From: Thalassobaculaceae bacterium | GTDB taxonomy: Bacteria; Pseudomonadota; Alphaproteobacteria; Thalassobaculales; Thalassobaculaceae | DNA length: 64,000 nucleotides | Reading direction: 5' to 3' | Assembly (NCBI GenBank): GCA_965228875.1 | Contig: OZ245843.1 | Span: 2,407,848 to 2,471,847, forward strand | In this document: positions 44,688 to 54,539 of the stretch, one piece after another | Layout of the letters: every line of letters begins with the position of its first letter | Position numbering within the stretch: the stretch's first letter is position 1 | Made by a program: the position numbers and the translations under genes | Notes under the pieces: model-generated | Told to the model about the DNA's origin: nothing | Database searches by the model: none | What the model saw: only the letters and a program-made list of their open reading frames with translations

Positions 44688-46160
44688 ATGGCGTTCACGC
44701 CACGCGAAGACGTCGACATCGCCAAGGCGTCGGTCTGCGAGGAGCCGGCCGACCTGTTCACGGCGGACGCGCGGGAAACGCTTTCCCGCGCCTGCTCGAC
44801 CTATCTCGGCCCTCGCAAGCTGACGGCAATGGAACTGCTGTACTGCCCGCGCCACCAGGGCGACCTGATGAACAGCGGGACCAGCGCGATGCAGGCGGTT
44901 CAGAAGGCCGCCAGCTGGCAGGTCCGGGGAACGAGCGTCCCGGTGAGCGAGCGGATCCGCCGGCTCTGGGACATCGTCGACGAGACACGGGCCGACATGG
45001 CCGAACGGGTCGAGGCGCTCGCTCCTGAAGCGCTGAGCGAGGACAACGCCGGCCGGCTCCTGACCCAGGGGCTCGACGAGGACGACGCCGCGTTCGAATT
45101 CCGTGTCCAGTGCTCGCTGGCGGCCGGACTAGCGGAAAAGCAGGGCTGGGTCGACAAGATCCGCACCCTGCTCAAGGCCGGCGAGAGCGCCTCGGGTCCG
45201 GAACCGGTGGCATGCATCGACAGGTTCCTGGCCGAAACCGTGAAGACCCCGGACGCGCTGAAGGCGGTGATTGGAGAGTTCGATACCGCGGGCGATGGGG
45301 TCGTCGCCCTGCTGGGCCTCGTCGCGGACACCGCCGAGGCCAAGGACGCGCCACCGAAAGCCGCGCTCGGCGGGCCGTTCTTCCAGCTGCTGGCGCGGGC
45401 GCCGATGCCGGAGACCCGGGCGGTCCTTGCCGGCCACATCGTGCGCCTGGTCACCGGCCCGGAGAAGATGACCAACAAGAGCCTGGCCGACGAGATCGTG
45501 TTCGTCGTCGATCTGCGCGAGACCCTGATTCTCGACGGCGAACTGATCGGCGGCGAGGTGAGCCAGGAGGCCCTGGAGCGGCGGCTGTCACGGTCGCTCT
45601 CGGACCAGACCATCGACATGCTCATGCAGGGGACCAAGAGCGCCGGCGAGCGGGTGCTGCGCGCGGTCTCCCTGCACAAGAAGGTGTTCGGCACGGCGGC
45701 GCGCGACTATCTCGAGAGATATGTCGCCGAACTGATGAGCCAGCCCCAGATCGAGACCAAGCTGGTTCCGGAGGGGCTGTCCGTGCGCCAGCAGATCAAG
45801 GGTCTGGGCGGCCTGTTCCGCGCGCTCAAGGGGTCGACCCTCGGCGACCGCGCGAAGGACCGCATGGCCCGCCAGGTCGAGCAGGCGCAGACCGCCCTAC
45901 TCGACAAGACCCGCCTGCTGGAGAAACTGAACGACGGCACCGGCTCGGCGGCGGAACGGCTGATGCGCGTCGTCGACCTGTGCCGCGAGGGCGCCTTCAC
46001 CGACGGCGACAACGCCAACCGCGCCCGTTCCGCGGCCCAGCAGCTCATGAAACGACCAGACTTCCTTGACAGCTACCTGCACGGCGCCGAACAGAAGGGC
46101 GAGCGCGCATCGCGTCTGCGCGACCTGCAGCGAAAACTGGCCGAAGCGAGGATCGTGTGA
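44688..46160 (+). CDS. Hypothetical alpha-helical protein
   Basis: About 490 aa ORF with GGAGG RBS and high-GC3 codon usage; GTGA overlap with the next gene; no motif recognised. Confidence 0.75.
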   Translation: MAFTPREDVDIAKASVCEEPADLFTADARETLSRACSTYLGPRKLTAMELLYCPRHQGDLMNSGTSAMQAVQKAASWQVRGTSVPVSERIRRLWDIVDETRADMAERVEALAPEALSEDNAGRLLTQGLDEDDAAFEFRVQCSLAAGLAEKQGWVDKIRTLLKAGESASGPEPVACIDRFLAETVKTPDALKAVIGEFDTAGDGVVALLGLVADTAEAKDAPPKAALGGPFFQLLARAPMPETRAVLAGHIVRLVTGPEKMTNKSLADEIVFVVDLRETLILDGELIGGEVSQEALERRLSRSLSDQTIDMLMQGTKSAGERVLRAVSLHKKVFGTAARDYLERYVAELMSQPQIETKLVPEGLSVRQQIKGLGGLFRALKGSTLGDRAKDRMARQVEQAQTALLDKTRLLEKLNDGTGSAAERLMRVVDLCREGAFTDGDNANRARSAAQQLMKRPDFLDSYLHGAEQKGERASRLRDLQRKLAEARIV

Positions 46161-47101
46161 CCGCAGCCCCCGAAGACGACGCCAACCTGCAACCCCACCT
46201 GGATCGCGACCTGGTGGGCTATGGGCGGACGCCGCCGCATGCCAACTGGCCGGGCGGAGCGCGGCTGGCGATCAACTTCGTGATGAACTACGAGGAGGGA
46301 TCGGAATACTCGATCCCCGACGGCGACGGCTTCTCGGAGGCGGCCCTGACCGACTCGCCGGATTCGCCAAACGCCCCCGGCTCCCGCGATCTGGCCGCGG
46401 AGTCGATGTTCGAGTACGGCACCCGGGTCGGGTTCTGGCGCCTGCGACGGCTGTTCGCCGAGCGCGGTTTGCCGCTCACCGTCAACGCCTGCGCCCTGGC
46501 GCTCGAACGCAACGCCGAAGCGGCCGCCGCGATCCGCGAGAGCGACTGGGACATCTGCTGCCACGGCTGGCGCTGGGTGAATCATTTCGAGCTGAGCGAG
46601 GCCGAGGAGCGCGACCACATCGCCCGCGCCGTCGAGAGCCTGGAGCGCACCACCGGCGCCAGGCCCGCCGGCTGGTACTGCCGCCACGGTCCGAGCGTGC
46701 ACACGCGGCGCCTGGTGGTCGAGCACGGCGGCTTCGTCTACGACAGCGACAGCTACGCCGACGAACTGCCGTACTGGAGCGAGGTCGCCGGCCGGCCGCA
46801 CCTGATCGTCCCCTACTCGCTCACGACCAACGACAGCAAGTTCGCGCGCAACCACTTTCCGACCGGCGACGACTACTTCGCCTTCGTCAAGGACGCCATC
46901 GACATGCTGTGGGACGAAGGCGCCGACAGTCCGCGGATGATGTCCTGCGGTCTGCACCTGCGGCTGATCGGCCACCCGTCGCGCGCCGCCGGTCTCGCCC
47001 GCCTGCTCGATTACGTTCAGGAGAAGGGCGACATCTGGATCACCCGGCGCATCGACATCGCAGAACACTGGATCCGCGAGCATCCGTTCCCGGCCGTTTA
47101 G
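46157..47101 (+). CDS. Allantoinase PuuE-like / polysaccharide deacetylase family
   Basis: RDLVGYG, WPGGARLA, NYEEG, ESMFEYGTRVGFWR, HGWRW, DSDSYADELPYW, GLHLRLIGHP. Confidence 0.88.
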   Translation: MTAAPEDDANLQPHLDRDLVGYGRTPPHANWPGGARLAINFVMNYEEGSEYSIPDGDGFSEAALTDSPDSPNAPGSRDLAAESMFEYGTRVGFWRLRRLFAERGLPLTVNACALALERNAEAAAAIRESDWDICCHGWRWVNHFELSEAEERDHIARAVESLERTTGARPAGWYCRHGPSVHTRRLVVEHGGFVYDSDSYADELPYWSEVAGRPHLIVPYSLTTNDSKFARNHFPTGDDYFAFVKDAIDMLWDEGADSPRMMSCGLHLRLIGHPSRAAGLARLLDYVQEKGDIWITRRIDIAEHWIREHPFPAV

Positions 47102-47170
47102 ACAAGGCCCACGGGAAGCTTGACGATAGGCGCGGAAATCCCCAGAAAAGCCCCTCAGAAACGCGGGTAT

Positions 47171-47246
47171 GCCGGTATAGCTCAGCTGGTAGAGCATCTG
47201 ATTTGTAATCAGAGGGTCGGGGGTTCAAGTCCCTCTGCCGGCACCA
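47171..47246 (+). tRNA. tRNA-Thr (TGT)
   Basis: GCCGGTATAGCTCAGCTGGTAGAGCATCTGATTTGTAATCAGAGGGTCGGGGGTTCAAGTCCCTCTGCCGGCACCA. Confidence 0.97.
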
Positions 47247-47280
47247 GCGGTTTCAGACAGATCCGGGGCGGCCCGGCGCG

Positions 47281-50271
47281 TCAGATCAGCTCGAACATGG
47301 AGGCGGTCAGGTCGCCGGCGGCGATGCCGACGAACCGCACCACGGCGCCATCGCCGAAATCGATCTGGCTGTCGTCTGTCCCGCTCGACGTCGCCTGCGA
47401 GAGCAGGGTCAGCAGGTCATCCTGCGTCACGGCCACGGCCACCATGTCGCCGTCGGCCGAGGAGAAGTCGGCGACGATGTCGAGGCCGTCCTCGCCGACC
47501 TGGAAGCGATCCGCCCCCGCGCCGCCGTACAGCAGCGAGTCGCCCTCGCCCGCGATCAGCGTGTCGTTGCCCATGTTGCCGTACAGAAGGTCGACATCTC
47601 CCTCCGACCCGCCCGGCCCGCCATACACCAGGTCGTCGTCCTGGCCGCCGTACAGGGTGTCGGAGCCCGAGTTGCCGGACAACGTGTCGGCCCCCTGGTT
47701 GCCGTAGAGGAGATCATCGTCCCGGCCGCCGTACAGCGTGTCCGCGTCTAGATTGCCGTAGAGCGTGTCGGCCCCGAAATTGCCATAGACGATGTCGGCG
47801 TACTGGCCGCCATAGGCGAGATCGTCGTCCTGACCGCCGTAGAGCGTGTCGAGCCCCTGGTTGCCGTACAGAATGTCGCTGGCCTGGTTGCCGTAGACCA
47901 CGTCCTCGTCGGCTCCCCCCAGGACGGTATCGGTCCCGCTGCCGCCGAAGACGATGTCGTTGCCGTCGTCGCCGTGGAGGGAGTCGGTGCCGGCTCCGGA
48001 ACCGACGATGTCGGCGCCGCCGCCACCGGCCAGGGTATCGTCGCCGAGGCCGAGCGAGATGAACTGCGCCGCATCGTCGCCGACCGCGAAGTTGTCGCCA
48101 TCGCCACCGACGATCGTCGCACTGCCGACGACCGAGACGAACTCGATGTTGTCCAGTTGCACCGTGCAGCCCGTCGGCAGCGACGAGACGTCGAGGACGA
48201 AGGCCTCCGACTGCGACACCCCGTCGGACGGCGTGCTGCCGGTGATGACGAAGGGTTCCGCGGGCGCCCCGAAGCCGGCCGAGGGCACGATGGTGCGGAC
48301 ATCGAGCGAGGTGGAGGCGCTCAGGGTGTTCAGATACTGACGGGCACTCGACACCACCGGGTCGGGGCCGAGCGGATCGCGCGCCTCGATCGCCTCGACC
48401 AGGGTGTCGGCGGCACTCGTTCCGCTCTGGGCGGTCGTCGGGCCGGACGAGGTCAGCGACGTCCCGCTGGGAAGCGAGGCGGTAACGGTGTTGTCGTTGT
48501 TGCCGGTGTTCTGGACGATGGCGGCCGACCCCGTCGTCAGACCGTTGTTGGTCAGAATGCGCGACGGATCGGCGGAGCCCGCCACGGCGGGACTGTCAGT
48601 GACCGTCAGCGTGTCATTCCCGCTCGACGATCCGTCGGAGGAGGAGGGGGTGGAGTAGGCGACGCTCTTGAATCCGGTCCCGGCAATGACGGTGAAGCTC
48701 GCGTCGCCCGCCAGGCCGGTCGCCGAAATCGTGACGTCGGCCGTGCCGTTGCCGTCGGTGTCGAAGGACAGGGTCTCGCCCGTACGCGAGATACCGGATT
48801 CGGTGAGCCCGGCGGCCCCGGTCAACACGAGGCTGTCGCCGACCTGCCAGTCCGCGACGGTATCTCCGTCGCCGATCACGAAGTAGTCGCGGTCGGCGCC
48901 GCCCAACAGGGTATCCGCCCCGGCGCCGCCGGTCAGCGTGTCGCTGCCGTCGCCACCGGTCAGGATATCGGCCCCGCCGCCGCCGCCGATTTCGTCTGCC
49001 CCGGCGCCGCCGGCCACGGTATCGCTGCCGCTGCCGCCGCAGATCCCGTCGTTGCCGGCTCCCCCGAAGATCCGGTCGTCCCCCGCCTCGCCGCACAACT
49101 CGTCGACGCCGGCGCCACCGCTCAGCACGTCCCCGGCGTCGCCACCCGAGAGCGAGTCGGCCCCCGCCCCGCCGATCAGTGTATCCGCGCCGGCGCCGCC
49201 AGTGAGGAAGTCGTCACCGTCCCCGGCCGCCAGCCAGTCGTCGCCGGCATCGCCGGTGAGTTCGTCGTTGCCGCTGCCGCCGCTCAGGACATCGTTCCCG
49301 GCTCCGCCGGTCAGAAGGTCCTCGCCGGCACCGCCGAACACCAGATCGTTGCCGTCCCCGGCGGTGACGAAGTCGTCGCCGGCGCCGCCGCTGAGCGTGT
49401 CGTTGCCGGCCCCGCCGGTGAGGGTGTCCCCCTTGGAACTGCCGCGCAGGTAATCGTTGCCCGATTTGCCTCCCATGGAGACGGCGAAACTGGTGGGCGC
49501 AATCAGCGTCGCCGAATCGGTATCGTAGGCGGCAACCGAAACACTGGCGGTACCGACCGTCAGCCCGCTGACGTCCAGAGAACTGAGGTCCAGGCTGGTG
49601 CCGATCCGCACGAAGAAGCCGAATGTTCCTCCGCCGACGAGGGCCGTAGAGCTGTCACCGAACGCATCGGCGAAGATCGCCGTGGCCCCGGTGGAGACCG
49701 AGATCGTCTCGAAACCGGTGATCAAGACCGCGTCGGTGAAGTCGCCGTAGTTGGTCACCCGGATGGTGTCGGTACCCGCGCCGCCGTCGAGGGTGTCGTT
49801 GTCCGCCGCTTCGTTTCCGTAGGTGACGGTGTCGTTGCCGGCGCCGCCGCTGAGCCTGTCGGCGCCGACATTGCCGGACAGCACGTCGTTGCCGGCCCCG
49901 CCGATCAGGGTGTCCGCCTTGTCGGTGCCGATCAGGGTGAAACTGCCGTCGCTTTCCGCGGAGCCGTTCCAGGAGAGCGTCGCGGCACTGGCCGAGGCAT
50001 TCACCGAGAGGCTCTGCCCGGCGGCGACGGTGCCGTCGTGGCTGGTGATCACCTGAGCCCCGGCCGTGATGGTCACCGTCTCGAAGTTGACGAGGGTCGT
50101 GGCGCCAAAGACGACCGTCTGCGCCGCCGAGAGGGTGAGCGTGTCGGAGCCGCCCAGGCCATCGATCGTGTCGGCGCTGTTGAGGCTGGCGCCGACGGAC
50201 CCGGTTACGGTGTCCGCCCCGGTCGACAGCGTCGGGGCATCGGTGCCCGTGGTCAGCGTGAAGGCTACCAT
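47281..50271 (-). CDS. RTX/hemolysin-type calcium-binding repeat protein (probable type I secretion substrate)
   Basis: Dozens of GGxGxDx(L/I) nonapeptides in three blocks; C-terminal [17 protein letters not shown]; no N-terminal signal peptide. Confidence 0.9.
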   Translation of the reverse strand: MVAFTLTTGTDAPTLSTGADTVTGSVGASLNSADTIDGLGGSDTLTLSAAQTVVFGATTLVNFETVTITAGAQVITSHDGTVAAGQSLSVNASASAATLSWNGSAESDGSFTLIGTDKADTLIGGAGNDVLSGNVGADRLSGGAGNDTVTYGNEAADNDTLDGGAGTDTIRVTNYGDFTDAVLITGFETISVSTGATAIFADAFGDSSTALVGGGTFGFFVRIGTSLDLSSLDVSGLTVGTASVSVAAYDTDSATLIAPTSFAVSMGGKSGNDYLRGSSKGDTLTGGAGNDTLSGGAGDDFVTAGDGNDLVFGGAGEDLLTGGAGNDVLSGGSGNDELTGDAGDDWLAAGDGDDFLTGGAGADTLIGGAGADSLSGGDAGDVLSGGAGVDELCGEAGDDRIFGGAGNDGICGGSGSDTVAGGAGADEIGGGGGADILTGGDGSDTLTGGAGADTLLGGADRDYFVIGDGDTVADWQVGDSLVLTGAAGLTESGISRTGETLSFDTDGNGTADVTISATGLAGDASFTVIAGTGFKSVAYSTPSSSDGSSSGNDTLTVTDSPAVAGSADPSRILTNNGLTTGSAAIVQNTGNNDNTVTASLPSGTSLTSSGPTTAQSGTSAADTLVEAIEARDPLGPDPVVSSARQYLNTLSASTSLDVRTIVPSAGFGAPAEPFVITGSTPSDGVSQSEAFVLDVSSLPTGCTVQLDNIEFVSVVGSATIVGGDGDNFAVGDDAAQFISLGLGDDTLAGGGGADIVGSGAGTDSLHGDDGNDIVFGGSGTDTVLGGADEDVVYGNQASDILYGNQGLDTLYGGQDDDLAYGGQYADIVYGNFGADTLYGNLDADTLYGGRDDDLLYGNQGADTLSGNSGSDTLYGGQDDDLVYGGPGGSEGDVDLLYGNMGNDTLIAGEGDSLLYGGAGADRFQVGEDGLDIVADFSSADGDMVAVAVTQDDLLTLLSQATSSGTDDSQIDFGDGAVVRFVGIAAGDLTASMFELI

Positions 50272-50811
50272 CGCGCCACCCTCCGGCGGAGGCTACCGCC
50301 GGCTCTTCGAAGACCGCCGCCCGCCACGGTTGGACATTGTCCGTCGCCGCGGGGCGGTCTGCTGTCCCTGATCTGCTGTGTCACTGCCGGGCCGGGTCGT
50401 TGTCGATACTACCCACGAGGTTGACGGCTTCCCGGTCAATCCACCGTACAGCACGTTTCTGATTTCCGACCGAGCGTGCGTATCTGCGCGTTTCCGACCG
50501 TCGCGCTACCGACGGCGCGTGCGGAATCATGCGCGCCCCAGATCGAAGGCCCCCGGCTTACCGGGCTGTCGACTGGAGCGACCGACCGGTCCGGCATCCG
50601 CGGACCAGACGCGGTACGATCGCCTTGCCGATCCGCCTCGGAAGAACGATTCGCATCCGATCCGGAGACTGTTTGACCGGTTCGTTCTATTTGCCGGGGG
50701 GCACCTAGGATTATCGGAACGGTCTTTATATTTTCCGCAATGTCGGGGCGAACGGTGCGCCGGACGCCCGGAAAATCAGCAGCGGTCGATGTAGATCGGC
50801 AGAGGAGAGTC

Positions 50812-51786
50812 ATGAGAACGCTACTCGCAACAGTTCTTGGCCTGGCGGCGCTGGTCGGGACCGCGCTTGCCGGGACGCCGTCCGCTTCGGCGACGGAAAC
50901 GGTGTCGCCGTTGGTGAGCGCCGAGTGGGTCAGGTCCCACCTCGACCGGGATGGCATCGTGTTTCTCGACGTCCGCGGCCGGCTCGCCGGCGCGACCCGG
51001 GATGACTACCTGGAGGCGCACGTCCCCGGAGCGATCTGGACCGACTACCTCAAGGACGGCTGGCGGGTACAGGATACCAACGGCACCGTCGGCCAGCTGC
51101 CGTCCGTCGACGCGCTGAGCGCTCTGATCGGCGGCCTCGGGATCGGCAACGACGACCACGTGATCGTCATCCCCGCCGGGAACAAGGCCCTCGACATGGG
51201 CACCGCCACCCGGATCTACTGGACCTTCAAGGTCCTGGGGCACGATCGCGTTTCGATCCTGAACGGCGGCATGCGGGCCTACACCGCCGAGCGCGACAAG
51301 ACGTCCGGCGCGCCCGTCAACCCGCTGGAGAGCGGCGCGATCACGCGACCCGCGAAGACCTTCACCGCCTCCCTGCGCGAGGACATGCTGGTCAACAAGG
51401 CAGACGTCGCGGCGGCCTCGGCCGGCGGAGGCGTGGTCGTCGACAACCGGCCCTACGACCAGTTCCTCGGAATCAACAAGCACGGCAAGGCCAAACGGGC
51501 CGGCACCATTCCGGGGGCACAGAACCTGCCCGAGAACTGGCTTACCGAGAGCGGTGGCGGCACCTTCCGGGACAAGGCGGCGATCGAGAAGCTGTACAGG
51601 CTCGCCGGCGTGCCGACATCGGGCGAGCAGATAACCTTCTGTAATACCGGCCACTGGGCCAGCCTCGGCTGGTTCGCCTCGCACGAGATCCTCGGGAACC
51701 GGGACGCGAAGCTGTACGACGGCTCCATGGTCGAGTGGTCGGCCGATCCGTCGCTGACGGTCCAGTCCGCCATCGACGCACAATAG
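50812..51786 (+). CDS. Secreted tandem-domain rhodanese/sulfurtransferase
   Basis: Signal peptide MRTLLATVLG..ASA, LVSAEW, HVPGA, ILNGG, GTIPGA, active loop CNTGHW, LYDGSMVEW; AGGAGAG RBS. Confidence 0.88.
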   Translation: MRTLLATVLGLAALVGTALAGTPSASATETVSPLVSAEWVRSHLDRDGIVFLDVRGRLAGATRDDYLEAHVPGAIWTDYLKDGWRVQDTNGTVGQLPSVDALSALIGGLGIGNDDHVIVIPAGNKALDMGTATRIYWTFKVLGHDRVSILNGGMRAYTAERDKTSGAPVNPLESGAITRPAKTFTASLREDMLVNKADVAAASAGGGVVVDNRPYDQFLGINKHGKAKRAGTIPGAQNLPENWLTESGGGTFRDKAAIEKLYRLAGVPTSGEQITFCNTGHWASLGWFASHEILGNRDAKLYDGSMVEWSADPSLTVQSAIDAQ

Positions 51787-51941
51787 CCGACCGCGCACAT
51801 CGCCCCAACGCGAGGCGACTGCGACACGCGTCGCGGTCGCCTCGCTTGCATCGGCCCCGACGGACAATCGCTCCGGCGTCGCGCCGCGCTGAACATCCGC
51901 CTGAGGAACCGGCTGAGCGACCGGGCGGGCCCAGCATGTCC

Positions 51942-51973
51942 AAACCCAGGGCCGCATAAACCCAGGGCCGCAT
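51942..51973. repeat. Perfect 16-bp tandem duplication (AAACCCAGGGCCGCAT x2)
   Basis: Read directly from the sequence. Confidence 0.9.
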
Positions 51974-52187
51974 CGCGGATAGGCAGCGTGTGCCAGCTTC
52001 ATGAGCGCCGCGGTACCTTGTTCCCGATCACGCCGTTTGGCCGCTCCTCTTCGCCATCCCCACGCCATGCCGCCGACTATCCCGGCGCATCAGCACCGAA
52101 GAAATGCCCGTTCGTGTTCAGGTGTACCGCCCGACGGTCTCCGTTGAACGCCCAAGGGAAGCCGGCGTTCGTGGGTTGGCAAAAAAT

Positions 52188-52367
52188 TTCTGTAATATCA
52201 AAGACCTAGAGACTGTCTTCATTATGACGCTGTTCTACGAACAGCTTCTCTCCGGGGTGCCTCCCGACACCGCGCTGCAGCAGGCGATGCTGCTGGCCCT
52301 GCACGACCCGGATTACGCTCACCCGTACTTCTGGGCACCTTTCCAGTATACCGGCCTGGCGGTGTAG
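52188..52367 (+). pseudogene. C-terminal remnant of a CHAT (caspase-like) domain gene
   Basis: FCNIKDLETVFIMTLFYEQL...ALQQAML...YAHPYFWAPFQYTG matches the CHAT C-terminus (LWxVxD..M..FY; HPxxWAxF); no catalytic N-terminal part seen upstream. Confidence 0.65.
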
Positions 52368-52492
52368 CGCCGGTCACCGGCTGTCCCGTTGGACGAATTG
52401 ACAACGATGGGATGTGGCAACACCATGCCCGTTTGGAGGGGGGCACGCGTCTGTTCCGCCCCTCCCCGGACAGAGCGTTTCGGCCGGCGACA

Positions 52493-52526
52493 GCCCCTAT
52501 AGTGAGACGGCCCCTATAGTGAGATG
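52493..52526. repeat. 17-bp tandem repeat GCCCCTATAGTGAGA(C/T)G x2
   Basis: Read directly; one mismatch between units. Confidence 0.9.
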
Positions 52527-52561
52527 GAGGCCCCATGAAAACGAGCAGGAGGAGTTCCGAG

Positions 52562-53269
52562 ATGCGTATCCGTCGGACCGGCATTGTTGTCGCGACCGTC
52601 GCCGCCATGCTGTCGCTCGCACACACGGATCGCGTCGCCGCTCAGGAGTCCCAGATTCCGGCATTCGGGAGCGATGCGACCAAGGACGACATCATGCGGT
52701 ATCTGCTGTCGCCGTCCCCGACGCCCGAGGCCCCGACGCCCGAGGCGCCGACATCCGAGGCGCCGGCATCCAAGGCGAGCGGCGCGACGAGGATGGAGGA
52801 ACTGAAGCGGAAGCTGAATGACCTCGACAAGACCAAGATTCGTGGAGGCACGTTGGTCCCCGTACGCCCGGAAACGCCAAACCCGGTCACGCCGGCGAAG
52901 ACCACACCGGTCTGCACGGCGGCCGACAAGGCATTCGCATCTCCCGTCGAGTTCGCTACCGGTTCTTACTACCTGGAGAAGACGACGCTCGTGATGCTGG
53001 GGACCGTGGCCGAAGTGATGCGCGACCCATCCTTCGACGACTGCATGTTCGTCGTTCAGGGGCATACCGACTCGACCGGCGACGCGTACAAGAATGTCAT
53101 TCTGTCGCAGAATCGCGCCGGCATGGTCGGCGAGTACCTAGTCAGTTCAGGGATTCCGCGGAGCCGTATCATCATGGAAGGAAAAGGCAGCACGGCTCCC
53201 AGGAATCCTGCCAATCCGGCCGCCGGCGAGAACAGACGGGTCGAGTTCTTCTTCGCAAACCCCTACTGA
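52562..53269 (+). CDS. OmpA-like (peptidoglycan-binding) domain protein, exported
   Basis: Signal peptide, PTPEA repeats, VEFATGS, VQGHTDSTG, N..LSQNRA..V, GKG...P, NRRVEF; AGGAGGAG RBS. Confidence 0.88.
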   Translation: MRIRRTGIVVATVAAMLSLAHTDRVAAQESQIPAFGSDATKDDIMRYLLSPSPTPEAPTPEAPTSEAPASKASGATRMEELKRKLNDLDKTKIRGGTLVPVRPETPNPVTPAKTTPVCTAADKAFASPVEFATGSYYLEKTTLVMLGTVAEVMRDPSFDDCMFVVQGHTDSTGDAYKNVILSQNRAGMVGEYLVSSGIPRSRIIMEGKGSTAPRNPANPAAGENRRVEFFFANPY

Positions 53270-53511
53270 CCGCCACGACGGCCCAAATCTGGGCCGCAAG
53301 GCGTCCGCTGAGCCTCTGCTGCCCTGCGTGGCCGCGGCGGAGGCCGCCCGGACCGTCGAACGAGTGTGTCTCGGCATAGGGGAGCAGGAGGTCGGCACCA
53401 CCGATAGGCGAGAGAATTGCCCGTTGCAAAATCTTGCGCTGTCGGCCACGTTTGCCGCTTCGCCGATGCCGGCAGGAGTGAGCGCGGCGAGGCCCGGTTC
53501 AGGTTGGTCGA

Positions 53512-54432
53512 GTGACGACGCTATCAGACATCCGCGCGCCGACGGGTTCTCCGGTCGTCTGGTATCTGCTTTCCGCCTTCCTGTTCGCGGTCATGCTGGC
53601 GCTGTTCAAGTGGCTGGGACAGACCCTGCCGACCGCCCAGCTTCTGTTGCTGCGTCAGCTCGGGGTCATGGCGATCCTGATCCCGGCGATCGTTACCTCC
53701 CGAGGCGGCGTGCTGTGGCCCGAACGGCCGGTGCTCAACCTGATACGCGGGCTGCTGTCGGCCGGGGCCATGATCGTCGGGTTCACCGCCGTCGTTCACC
53801 TGCCGCTGGCGGAATCCACCACGCTGAACTTCACCAAGGTGTTCTTCGTCGTTCTGCTCGGCGGGCTGCTTCTGCGCGAGACGGTCACGCCGGCCCGATG
53901 GGGAGCGATGGCGCTCGGCTTCGCCGGCGTCGCCGTGGTGCTGGCACCGGATACCGCCGCCATGGTCGATCCGATGGCCGCCCTGGCCCTGCTCGCGGCG
54001 TTCCTGACCGCCTGCACCATGATCGTGGTGCGCAAGCTTGCCCAGGTCGAACGCACCACCACCATGATGATCTGGCTGTCGGCGGTGGTGCTGGCCATCG
54101 TGGCGGTGCCGGGCCTGTCCGGCTGGATCGCGCCGAGCCCGCTCGAGTGGGCGCTGATCGGCATCCTGTGCCTGCTGATGGGCGCGGTGCAGTGGACCAT
54201 GATCCACGCCCATCGGGCGGCCGAAGCCTCGGCCCTCTCGCCGCTCGAGTACACCCGGCTGATCTATGCCTCGGCCTTCGGATTCCTGCTGTTCGGACAC
54301 GTACCCGGGGGCGACACGCTGGTCGGCGCCGCGCTGATCGTCGCCGCTGCGATCTGGGTCCGCTGGAGCAGCCGTCCCGGCAACCAACCGGAGACGGCGG
54401 AGACCGCCGTCGACCCGTCCGAGCGCCAGTAA
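53512..54432 (+). CDS. DMT/EamA family transporter
   Basis: About 10 TM segments, LPLAE, LLRETV...RW, ASALSPLEYTRL. Confidence 0.9.
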   Translation: MTTLSDIRAPTGSPVVWYLLSAFLFAVMLALFKWLGQTLPTAQLLLLRQLGVMAILIPAIVTSRGGVLWPERPVLNLIRGLLSAGAMIVGFTAVVHLPLAESTTLNFTKVFFVVLLGGLLLRETVTPARWGAMALGFAGVAVVLAPDTAAMVDPMAALALLAAFLTACTMIVVRKLAQVERTTTMMIWLSAVVLAIVAVPGLSGWIAPSPLEWALIGILCLLMGAVQWTMIHAHRAAEASALSPLEYTRLIYASAFGFLLFGHVPGGDTLVGAALIVAAAIWVRWSSRPGNQPETAETAVDPSERQ

Positions 54433-54539
54433 CGTTTGCTCAAGGATTGAGGCCTATCGTGGCCATGCGTTGAGACACGCGTTTGACAGTGGCCGTCGGC
54501 CCTGCAGATCGGTACAATACGAGTTAAATGGAGTCCGCA

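Noticed and set aside
47974..50424. 816-aa plus-strand ORF over the RTX gene
   Set aside because: Antisense frame of the repetitive RTX coding sequence.
50421..50439. TTGAC-N9-GTCAA palindrome as an FNR/CRP site
   Set aside because: The spacing does not fit TTGAT-N4-ATCAA; it could be back-to-back -35 boxes, but this is unsupported.
47231..53400. Possible attL/attR pair: tRNA-Thr 3' end (GCCGGCACCA) and GTCGGCACCA at 53391-53400
   Set aside because: Only 8 bp match exactly in GC-rich DNA and there is no integrase in the window; not sufficient to call an island.
54483..54518. TTGACA ... TACAAT as a sigma70 promoter
   Set aside because: The spacer is 24 nt, too long for the two boxes to act together.
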